Shown: in pieces, positions 1 through 8,007 of the stretch | How positions within the stretch are numbered: the first letter of the stretch is position 1 | Layout of the letters: each line of letters starts with the position of its first letter | Source: Azolla caroliniana | Taxonomy: Eukaryota > Plantae > Polypodiophyta | NCBI GenBank assembly: GCA_043228905.1 | Contig: JBHGNT010001421.1 | Span: 1-8,725, forward strand | Direction of reading: 5' to 3' | DNA length: 8,725 nt | The notes under the pieces: generated by a model | Told to the model about the DNA's origin: nothing | The model's input: the letters and a program-made list of their open reading frames with translations, nothing else | Database searches by the model: none | Program-made: the position numbers and the translations under genes

Positions 1-1481
1 ATGAGGTGATTAAATAAAAAAATTAGCTAATAAAATGTTATGATTCTATAGATATGGACACACAAAACATGATGATTGTCACTTTGCTTTTGAAATTCAC
101 ATAAATGAAAACAACAAGTCGACCCATTTACAAAAGTATTCCAATGCATAAAAACAAATAAAGTAATTGTCACCTCACAAACACTATGTGTAGTAGTAGT
201 TCATAATGTATTACTTTGTCATGTTTTTATTCCTTGACATAATAAGCCAAAGTGTGCATGCTCTTCTTTATTGGCACTTCATCGATCATGATTGAAAGAC
301 ACACATCGCTATTACAATGCAAAGGATAAAAAGAGGGTTCAAATGGATTACCATGCAATCAATGGCTAGCTCTTTGTATATTACGTTTACTTGAATATAT
401 AAATAGGATGTTTTTGTAGTGATTAACAACTTAGACCAAAGGCATTCATCTTCGTCTTAATATACACACATATGATCATAACACGTGTTCCATCATCTCG
501 ATTCTCAAGTTAGGCATGTGATGTTCACAGCACACGGTCCTCCATAATTCATCTTAAAAGAACATGACCTTTTTCTTCCTCTCCACATCAACATCCAACA
601 TCATTATCCAAGTTTGTGTATATGTTCAAAAGATATGCAAGTATAGAAGTGACAAGTTAAATTTGAGCAATTTGTTGGGAGAAAGAGAGACACGCACACA
701 AAATGGGACATGTGCAAAATTATCGTGTGCACGTGTATTGTTGAGAAAGAAAAAAGAAATTTAACATCTTGGAGATTACATCAAAATGTAGTCTCATGCA
801 AGAGTACTAAAGCAAAAGGGAAGTTTTTTGAAGTATTGGATTCTTGCACGTTCATATATTTGTAATTAACCTTAAATTTTCCTCTCTTTATACTTTTTAG
901 CCCTTTTCGTTTCCCTCCTAAAAAAGGCCTAGATGTTGTGATGGCCATTGTCAAAACGTGACAGACATGTTATGTCTGTTGTATTTTTCAACCTTCCAAG
1001 TTAAAATGCTCAATTGCCGAAATTTGAAACCAAAAAGTTAAAACCTAACCATACAAGTAACGTATGAATGTTTAATCCCACTACACACAAAAAGACTATC
1101 ACCCTCATGACAAGAGACCTGGTTTCTAAAAATTGAAAATGATATCCTCATGAGCCATATGTTATCTTAGTTAAGGTTAATAGACGAGTAGAATCTTGAT
1201 AAGATTATCTCCCTTTGTATGTGTAATGGACCCACATGTGAGAGAAACAAAAGAAGAGTGCATTGACAACCTTAAAGAGGCCAATGTGACCTTTAAGACT
1301 TGTATGGGAGTGAGTCATTGAATAATTTTGATAGTTATAACTTCCAATTTTTTATCATTACCTTGTGGAAAAAATATCAATGTTCACGTTGTATGCATTG
1401 TCCTAGGAGCAAATAGTTATGTGCATGATCTCAACTAAAGCAATGGAGAGTTTCTACAATGAACATGCATCAACACAGTTG

Positions 1482-1489
1482 GTAGAGAC
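1482..1489. repeat. Left 8-bp target site duplication GTAGAGAC (partner ATAGAGAC at 2596-2603)
   Basis: Both copies directly abut the TIRs and differ by one G/A transition. Confidence 0.85.
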
Positions 1490-1500
1490 TAGGGATTGAC

Positions 1501-1600
1501 AACGGTTCGGTTTAGGCTTAGCCGGTTGGGGTTCTCAAACCTGAACCAAACCAAACCAAACCGCGGTTTGGGAAACGGCTTGTCAAACAGTTTGGAAACA
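1501..1600. repeat. Left subterminal AACCG/AAACC/AAACGG motif cluster (putative transposase-binding sites); matching cluster at about 2496-2584
   Basis: Left: aacggttcggttt, gccggtt, (aaacc)x3, aaccgcggttt, aaacgg. Right: aaccggttt, agccggttt, gagccg repeats, aaacggttt. Ac transposase is known to bind subterminal AAACGG repeats. Confidence 0.7.
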
Positions 1601-1634
1601 GAGCCCTAGCTCCCTCTCTCTCTCTTTTATCGTA

Positions 1635-1705
1635 ATTACCTTACCCTAGTGGTAAGTCGATAACACTACAAGCACTGTGTCTTGGGTTCAAAACCCAATT
1701 TCCTC
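1635..1705 (+). pseudogene. tRNA-derived (SINE-head-like) Pol III A-box/B-box cassette inside the hAT element
   Basis: A-box-like TACCCTAGTGG (1642-1652) has one mismatch to TRGCNNARYGG. B-box GGTTCAAAACC (1685-1695) fits GGTTCRANNCC. The T-arm hairpin TTGGG-TTCAAAA-CCCAA (1682-1698) has a 5-bp stem and 7-nt loop. The box starts are 43 nt apart, as in tRNA. No acceptor or anticodon stem, so this is not a functional tRNA. Confidence 0.6.
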
Positions 1706-1759
1706 ACCTCTCCATTATATACTTCATATATATCTCTATTTCACTAGATGCCATTGTGG

Positions 1760-1820
1760 AATGTAGGGGTTAAACCCATGACCACCTGGTCTCCATTGGG
1801 CAACCTTACCAATTGAGCTC
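1760..1820 (-). pseudogene. Second tRNA-derived A-box/B-box cassette, convergent with the first
   Basis: The minus strand reads GAGCTCAATTGGTAAG (compare tRNA TAGCTCAGTTGGTAG) from 1820, then GGTCATGGGTTTAACCCC. The B-box-like GGTTTAACCCC at 1776-1766 has one C>T mismatch. The box starts are 44 nt apart. Confidence 0.55.
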
Positions 1821-1840
1821 TCTCTCTCTCTCTCTCTCTC
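1818..1840. repeat. (CT)n microsatellite, about 11 units
   Basis: Read directly from the sequence. Confidence 0.95.
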
Positions 1841-2154
1841 AAACGATCCATTGTTCTACTTGGCTCCCTCCCTCCCTCTCACGTTTGTGTAATCTTTCCC
1901 ACATTGGGAACGTGAGTTACGTAAACTAGAAGCTATGGTTGGGGTACCTTTTACATTGGGACCACGAGCCACATCGAAACCCTTTGACCTCCCTCTTCTC
2001 TCTCGAGAGACTTGGATGGAAATGAAATTAGGCCTAGTATAACATCATTTTCATTGTAGAACATGTTTTTTATATAGAACATGCTTGTTATTTTAATACA
2101 ACTATTTAGCTTAAAACTCTATTTTATCTTATTTTTATTTTTATTTTTACTTTC

Positions 2155-2421
2155 GATGAATGGGTAAATATCCCAATTTTTGTTGTAAACCATTTGTCTC
2201 ATTGGCCAATTTTGGCCTTAGAAGACGTTAATATATCTTTCTTTCTTTCTCTCATCTGTGTAGTCTCCTATCTCCCTCCCTCCCAATTTTTGATGAATGG
2301 GTAAATATCCCAAATTTTGTTGTAAACCATTTGTCTCATTGGCCAAATTTGGCCTTAGAAGACATTAATATATCTTTCTTTCTTTCTCTCGTTTGTTTAG
2401 TCTCCTATCTCCCTCCCTCCC
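2155..2421. repeat. 137-bp tandem duplication (2 copies) within the hAT element
   Basis: GATGAATGGGTAAATATCCCAA...TAGTCTCCTATCTCCCTCCCTCCC starts at 2155 and again at 2292, with only about 6 substitutions between copies. Confidence 0.95.
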
Positions 2422-2443
2422 TCCCTCCCTCTCTCTCTCTCTC
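2409..2443. repeat. Compound (CCCT)n(CT)n microsatellite
   Basis: Read directly from the sequence. Confidence 0.9.
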
Positions 2444-2820
2444 CTCGTTTATGTAGTATCCCTCCCTCCCTCTATCTCAAGTTTCTAAATGGCTTAACCG
2501 GTTTGAGCCGGTTTGGCGAGGCTCAAGCCAAGCCGAGCCGCTAAGCTGCTTTAGCCAAACGGTTTAGGCTTGAGCCGAGCCGTTGCCGATCCCTAATAGA
2601 GACATGAACCACAACCTTGATGTAGCCAAGTATAGGCTTTATAACTACACTATATATATAAATATATTTGAAATTTGTGATTCCTAAACTATTATTTTGT
2701 GAATTTATAAACCATTACCTTGTGGTGAGTCGTGACATCTAAGTAACTTATATGGTACATAAACGTAATGGTTCAACATTGTCCCATCACCACATAATAT
2801 CTTGTCTTGTCTTGTTTTCC

Positions 2821-2844
2821 ACAATGTGCACATGTGCACATTGT
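2821..2844. repeat. Perfect 24-bp palindrome ACAATGTGCACA|TGTGCACATTGT
   Basis: The 12-bp arms are exact reverse complements with no spacer. Confidence 0.95.
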
Positions 2845-3885
2845 ACAACTTGATTACCCTGCAACAATGCTTATTTTGGCCCATGAACGAGGAGTCATTT
2901 CAAGAAGCGCCTTTTAGCTATTTTTGTTGTACCAATTGAAGATTATATTTCACTAGTTAATGTGTGGCCATGTCATTGAGCATGCATAAATTGCCTATTT
3001 TACAATAAATATTCCACTTCAAATTGGGGCTTGCCATGGATCTTGCCCATATGGATCAATGAGGTGTCGATATGTGAAACCATAGATGAGTAAGAAAACT
3101 CATGCTTAAGAAAGAGGGATGTAGGGTAATGGGATTGACTAGTTAGGTTGTCTAGAAGAATATTCCCTACTAGTAGGTTAAGATGTACTTAGCCTTGAAG
3201 TATGTGCCATTTACTATAAAATAAGCATTATTTAGCACTAGCTTATATTTTGGAGCTAATGTTATGATTAGATCAAACTAACGATATTATTGGAAGAAAG
3301 AATAAATAAGTGAGGACATTGTCCTCGTGACTACCATTTGTCACATTCTAGACACCCTTGACCAAAGAATTAGAGACGATCCCTAAACCCTTGTGACATC
3401 CCATACCATCGCTCATGGTCTAGAAATGTACATTGGCTTAAATTAGATGATAGGTGCTTTGACACAACTTCGCAAAACCACCAAAGTTTTAAGAGTCTCA
3501 CCAAGGTGCTTCGATACAACAACTTCACCAAACAACAACCTCTTGACCACCACGTAGGTGACAACATGTTTCTCACCATGCTAGGGTGACTCAAAGCCTA
3601 ATAAAATTTTAAAAAAGATGTAATCGTAAAGTAATAAATAACAAAGTGGTTAAGGTTTGTTAATTGTTATAATAAAGGGGGAGTATTAGAAAACAATGAA
3701 GGAAGAAGAAAAATATAGAGGGGGGTATTCGATAGAATAAGAGAAAAGGCTATTTTGATATTAAAGAAGTATTACATGGAAGCATAGTTCTAGCCATACT
3801 TCCCATTCGTCCTATACTCATACGTGAATATTCGTATCATACTCATATGTGAAATGGCTCCAAGTATGATTGAAATCCATACGTG

Positions 3886-3936
3886 ATACATACATACATA
3901 CATACATACATACATACATACATACATACATACATA
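3886..3936. repeat. (ATAC)n / (TATG)n tetranucleotide microsatellite, about 12-13 units; probable LINE 3' tail
   Basis: Read directly. It lies about 100 bp downstream of the end of the LINE coding remnant on the minus strand. A short (GATA)3 run is at 3964-3978. Confidence 0.95.
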
Positions 3937-4560
3937 AGGTGTACATATTATGCGTCTGTGAGAGATAGATAGATAGATTATATTATTGTCTTCAGAGGTC
4001 AAATTTGATCTATAAGACCAAAAATATTACATTTCATGTGATACATGTGAAAGTGAGTCGTGACTCTCAATGTTCAAGAACTTTACCAATGAATGTTGCA
4101 ATTGAGAGTGCATATTGTGGTTGTGAGGGAAATTCGTGCAAGGATTGGGCTTGGTCGAAGATGTATATGGAAAGCATGCTTGAATATGATTAAAGGCAGA
4201 GCATTGTATCAAATTGTGATACTCAGACTCTCGAACTTGTTTAGGGCAAAGTATGCATAGTTGACCACTCTCATCACGTGTGCCCCAACGCCCTGTCTCA
4301 CATCGCAATGCATCTGAGCTAAGTCACATGGAAGCAATGGTTTGAATGGCAGACATTGGAACGGGCTCAAACATGTATCTATGTGTACAGTTTCCCCGCT
4401 CCGTGAAGAATATGGTTTTGTAGTTAGGTGCAACATGTGTAGTATAATGTGTGAAGCATGAGCCTCCAAATTTTTCCCATGTCATGGTACATTGGCGTTG
4501 CAAAAATGTCTTATTTACAAAGGAATCTAGAGATGCATCATGAAGCAAATATGTTGCATC
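3886..4560 (-). mobile_element. Decayed 3' portion of a non-LTR retrotransposon (APE-type LINE ORF2 C-terminus, 3' UTR and microsatellite tail)
   Basis: Track ORFs 4324..4548 and 4027..4308 are in the same frame, separated by a TGA (likely CGA>TGA). Joined they read AIQTIASM*LSSDALRCETGRWGTRDESGQLCILCPKQVRESEYHNLIQCSAFNHI. This matches the RxSSHxLxxETGRW...CxxC...ExExH...C zinc-knuckle motif at the C-terminus of LINE ORF2. After a likely frameshift near 4166 it continues YIFDQAQSLHEF...IGKVLEH*ES. It ends in a (TATG)n tail. The clade (RTE-X or L2/CR1-like) is not determined. Confidence 0.8.
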
Positions 4561-4561
4561 C

Positions 4562-5212
4562 TATTGAGAATCAAACTCAACCTAGCCTAATGTGTGAACA
4601 CACCCTTTAAGAATGTATGAGCACTCAAAGGTCAAAGATCTCTCCAACATTAACTATGTGTCATAGAATCATATTCTATGACACATACTAATGAGTTTCC
4701 ACATTCCCCATGACACATGAGCTTCAATGAGAGAATGTAGAGAGAGGGTGACTTTATATAAAGCACCTCTCTCCCTCTTTTGTACTTGGTTGTTGTTGAG
4801 AGACAAGCTCAACATGAGCTAGATCGACTAAAGGCCAGTAGGCCAGTTGACTGAAGAAGCCGACGACTGAGTCCACTGAGGATAGTCGGTTGAATACGCT
4901 GACAACTAGGTCAACCCAGGATAAGGTTGATAGGCCATTAGAGCCTATATTTCATAGTCTTAGTATTAGGAATATTTTAGGGAGTTAGTGTCGTAGGCTC
5001 TTTATGAGCATTCAAGTACTGATGGTACTTGTGTTAGCCTGCTGTTAGGGCTTGTATAAAAGTGCTCTCTCAGCACAATTGTATGTACAGAGAACAGATT
5101 ATTTTGATTCAAGTTTTTGTCTTCAACTCTCTCTCTGTCTCTCCTGCTCTCGCTTATTGTATGTTCTATTTTTTCTCTGTGTTTTAGGGTTGAAGCATGC
5201 TATGGTGTATCA
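4562..5212 (+). mobile_element. LTR-like fragments (probably two juxtaposed LTR remnants: about 4562-4814 and about 4815-5212)
   Basis: TATTGAG (TGTTGAG-like) at 4562 pairs with CTCAACA ending at 4814, with TATATAAAG at about 4755. The second part has a GC-richer U3-like stretch, TGTATAAAAG at about 5053, a CT-rich U5-like stretch and a ...GGTGTATCA end at 5212. No TSD, PBS or PPT was found, so the call rests on general architecture only. Confidence 0.35.
4655..4687. repeat. Perfect inverted repeat, 15-bp arms with 3-nt loop
   Basis: TATGTGTCATAGAAT-CAT-ATTCTATGACACATA. Confidence 0.95.
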
Positions 5213-5438
5213 AAAAAGTATTGTTTTTGGCAAAAAAAAACACGAGTACTGTTAGTACTAAGTATTTTTTTATTTTATTTTAAAAAATCAGAAAAATTTA
5301 TAATCTTTTTAGGGAGTGGGGTGGGGGTAGTACACGTTGCATTTAATGGGGGGAGATAGTTGCTGCGTATTCAGGAGTCAGGACTGATTTGGGGCTATTT
5401 TCCCCTCACTTTTAATTTAGCATGCCACATTAATTGAA

Positions 5439-5464
5439 TTTGGCGCATCTCACCATTTTGGCGT
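5439..5464 (+). promoter_or_regulatory. Tandem E2F-like sites TTTGGCGC (5439-5446) and TTTGGCGT (5457-5464)
   Basis: The first is an exact match to the E2F consensus TTTSSCGC and the second has one mismatch. Motif match only; function not shown. Confidence 0.3.
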
Positions 5465-5591
5465 CTCCTCTTCCTCCTTCCAACTAAGCCCATCTCAGAT
5501 TCACCGTTTTGTTGTTCTCTGCATCTCAGATGTTCGTAGCATGCGAATGTTCCCAAGATTTGGTTGTTCTTTGTGTCCCACATCTTCCCCA

Positions 5592-5759
5592 TCTTCGCCT
5601 TCCGTTGGTATGTCTTCTCCTTCCGTCAGTATTTCTTCTCCCTTCCTTGGTATGTCATCTCCTTCCCTCGATATATCTTCTCCTTCCCTCGATATGTCTT
5701 CTCCTTCACTCGATATGTCTTCTCCTTCACTCGATATGTCTTCTCCTTCACTCGGTATT
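5592..5759. repeat. 21-bp minisatellite, 8 copies, consensus TCTTCTCCTTCMCTCGATATG
   Basis: Eight in-phase units translate as SSPSVGM SSPSVSI SSPFLGM SSPSLDI SSPSLDM SSPSLDM SSPSLDM SSPSLGI in ORF 5541..5777. Confidence 0.95.
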
Positions 5760-6278
5760 ACTCTTACATTTCTGTAGCATAAGTTCTCTAGTGTTTATCA
5801 GAGTTATTATTTATGGCATAGGTTATTTCAAAACTGTTTTTAGGCTTTAATATTAATAGTTTATCCTTTCAAATGGAAATTTTAAGATTTATTTATGCTG
5901 AAAAGATTATGTCTTCATTGTCATCATGATTATTATTGTCATTATCATCTCCATCTACTTGTTCATTGTTACCATATTATGTTGAGCATATTGTTATTTG
6001 TATTATTTCCCGATCTTAATAGAATGATAATCTTCTGTCAATGATGTCAGGCACATGTGGATAACACCTAAAACTTTACTTTTATATTAGCCTATTGTTA
6101 TGGTTGTCTTTCTTAGTACTGTATTGTTTTGTTAAAGGAATAAATGAGTGTGGCATTATTGTACGTGTTTATTCGAAAACTGGTTGATGTTTATGTTATG
6201 ACGTATTAAGTACGTTTATTCTACGATGTATTAAGCATTTATTTTGATTAATTAGGTACTGAAATAACAAGAAATTAG

Positions 6279-6629
6279 GTGTTGGAATACATGAGAGTGG
6301 CAATGGTAGATGTCAAGGAGAGTGAGTTGTCATGTAGCAATTCTATGTTTGAGCGGAGCAAGAGACGGGTGGTTCTTCACTTAGTCCGTTATTTACTAGA
6401 AGTAATTGAGAGATTTACCAAGGAAGATCGTAGGGATATTATCTCTAAAGTGTCACACCATCAACTTTTGAATGAGTGCATGGAGAATATTAAGTTTAGG
6501 GACCAATGTGTTTCAGAGGAGATTGTAGAGTCTATGAAGTCATCCCTACACTTAGCGAAAGGGGTAGAGAGCATAGATAAGCTTGGTGCAAAGAGAGCAA
6601 CCCTTCACATGGTTGTAAATGTTTTGTAG
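6279..6629 (+). CDS. Exon-like or pseudo-exon ORF, 116 codons, unknown product (possibly transposon-derived)
   Basis: Longest non-repeat ORF outside the retroelements. It has protein-like, charged and helical composition and higher GC than the AT-rich, intron-like upstream DNA. It is preceded by TTAG (6275-6278, possible acceptor), has an in-frame ATG at 6291, and a GTATGT donor-like motif follows shortly after the TAG. No recognisable domain. Confidence 0.35.
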   Translation: MLEYMRVAMVDVKESELSCSNSMFERSKRRVVLHLVRYLLEVIERFTKEDRRDIISKVSHHQLLNECMENIKFRDQCVSEEIVESMKSSLHLAKGVESIDKLGAKRATLHMVVNVL

Positions 6630-6686
6630 GACATTTGTATGTACAGAGTGTTATTATTTTGAATCGAGTTTATGTTGTTCTGCTCT

Positions 6687-6688
<2 letters not shown>

Positions 6689-6747
<59 letters not shown>
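6689..6747. repeat. (CT)29 microsatellite
   Basis: Uninterrupted CT run of 59 bp. Confidence 0.98.
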
Positions 6748-6750
<3 letters not shown>

Positions 6751-6845
6751 TAAGGTTTCCATTAAACCTATGTCTATATTTTGTTGCTATCCGGTTGAGC
6801 TGATTTTGTCTTAGCTTCTGCATATTTACTTTTACACCTACTCAG

Positions 6846-6932
6846 AAACCTTAATAAGAAACCCTAATAAGAAATCAACCGCTTAAGGAAATCAAAAACC
6901 CTAATCTGAAATATGTATGAAATCAACCCTAA
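6846..6932 (+). repeat. Cluster of telo-box-like AAACCCTAA motifs in short degenerate repeats
   Basis: AAACCTTAA at 6846, AAACCCTAA at 6859 and 6896, and AACCCTAA at 6925, each followed by T(A/C)(A/T)GAA. Confidence 0.6.
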
Positions 6933-7501
6933 TCAGAATTTTTGTCAATCAGAAACACACTTGTTGCTACACCCCAATCTTCGAGACATCCTTGTTTGGG
7001 ACTCCAACGAGTTTGCCCTAATCATTTTTTATAAAAGATGAACAAGCAACAAAGTTACAGTTATTAGAAAGGAAAAAAAAAAAGATTTGTTAATGTGTAA
7101 CTGATACATTCCTGGACGAGGATTGAACTGGTGGTGTGTTGTAGTTCTGAAGGTGCAATGTCGATATCAAAGTTTTTGTGTTGTTGTGGGAGCTTCGTCT
7201 GCGTTCATGCTTAGAGTACTCCATCTGTTTGGATTTCAAACTCAAATTCACCCTAAACAGGAATTTGGTGACAATCAAGTCGAGTTTAGATGAGGGCATT
7301 GTTCCCCAAGACGTTAGAAACCAAAGTTCAAATTTTTTAGTATTCTCATAAATTAAATGACATGTATTTAACTAATAAAGCATAAAATTTCGTAAATGAT
7401 CCTTATGATTTTCCCACTAAAAACTAGCTAAAAAGCTTTGGCCATTTTAGCAACTAATTAGCTATAATAGTGTTTCCACTCGCATGCTTTTACTAGCCTA
7501 A

Positions 7502-8007
7502 CGTAACATGGGTCCGCATACTCATTCCTTTGGTATCCGGCTCAAGGTCTTGTGGTCGAGGGATGATAGTTTTATCGGGTCATTTAGTGAGTCGATCGTG
7601 AGCGTTACTCGTATGAATCGAAGTACTATGATTGTGACTGTTGTGGAGATTGAACCCAAGCCGGCTACAATTGACTAGTGATGTGCACGATGCACAAGGC
7701 ATGTGAGGACGCTCAACACAGATAAAAACTTTGACACAAGACACACACAGAGTATGAGCAAACATATTTCTATTATCAAAGAGTAACTCAATACAGTACT
7801 AATCGAACAACTTTACATTCTTTCTATGTCCCTTTTTATAGGAATCATGAGCAATTACGAACAGAGCGTGACCCGCCACTACTAATAATAACTATTTTCT
7901 GTTTTAAGTTTTGCCTTCTTTACTGCTCGCTCGGCCTCACCCGTCTTCTGTTCGGCCCGTAATCGTTCCTTGGCCTTTTCACACTTGGTCGTCTGAACCG
8001 GCTAACA
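7502..8007 (-). mobile_element. Putative LTR (about 506 bp) in opposite orientation to the adjacent copia RT
   Basis: The minus strand starts TGTTAGCCGG at 8007, exactly where RT homology stops. It has a TATAAAAAGGG box (7840-7830), followed by GT-rich downstream sequence, and ends ...CATGTTACG (GTTACA-like) at 7502. The flanks CCTAA and CATTT do not form a TSD, so the left boundary is uncertain. Confidence 0.5.

Larger units (their letters stand above)
1490..2595. mobile_element. Non-autonomous hAT (Ac/Ds-like) DNA transposon, 1106 bp, both ends present
   Basis: The left end TAGGGATTGACAACGGTTCGG (1490-1510) matches the reverse complement of the right end, TAGGGATCGGCAACGGCTCGG (2595-2575), at 18/21 with transition-only differences. 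Flanks GTAGAGAC (1482-1489) and ATAGAGAC (2596-2603) give a 7/8 match to an 8-bp TSD, the hAT hallmark. The ends begin like the maize Ac/Ds TIR (T/C)AGGGATGAAA. Both subtermini carry AACGG/AACCG/AGCCG motif clusters. There is no coding capacity inside. Confidence 0.9.

Noticed and set aside
564-764. 66-aa ORF
   Set aside because: Short, with no recognisable motif or codon-like signal; expected by chance.
1635-1820. Functional tRNA genes
   Set aside because: No acceptor or anticodon stems can be folded; kept only as tRNA-derived cassettes.
1972-1995. Possible third tRNA-like piece on the minus strand (GAGGTCAAAGGGTTTCGA)
   Set aside because: The B-box is incomplete, with no T-stem and no A-box at the right spacing.
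3339-3563. TGTCAC...GTGACA possible solo LTR, and ORF 3370..3594
   Set aside because: The flanks CCATT and ACATG do not form a TSD, no TATA architecture is evident, and the ORF has no recognisable motif.
3790-4002. ORF with YVCM repeats
   Set aside because: Translation of the (TATG)n microsatellite.
4005-4469. ORFs 4005..4193 (+) and 4209..4469 (-)
   Set aside because: Antisense or alternate-frame shadows of the LINE remnant.
5312-5353. G-quadruplex candidate
   Set aside because: The fourth G-run is about 20 nt away, so it does not fit the canonical short-loop pattern.
5052-5359. Hydrophobic signal-peptide-like ORFs 5052..5255 and 5117..5359
   Set aside because: TTG starts; the hydrophobicity arises from CT/T-rich low-complexity DNA.
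5592-5759. CRISPR array, or RNA Pol II CTD heptads
   Set aside because: The units are head-to-tail with no unique spacers in a eukaryotic context. The heptad lacks the Tyr and the YSPTSPS pattern.
6605-6823. ORF with RE dipeptide run
   Set aside because: Translation of the (AG)n microsatellite.
7415-7472. CACTA...TAGTG mini-element or CACTA terminus
   Set aside because: Only 5 terminal bases match well, the flanks TCC and TTT are not a 3-bp TSD, and no partner terminus was found in the window.
7090-7765. ORFs 7090..7299 and 7580..7765
   Set aside because: Short with no motifs; the second lies within the putative LTR.
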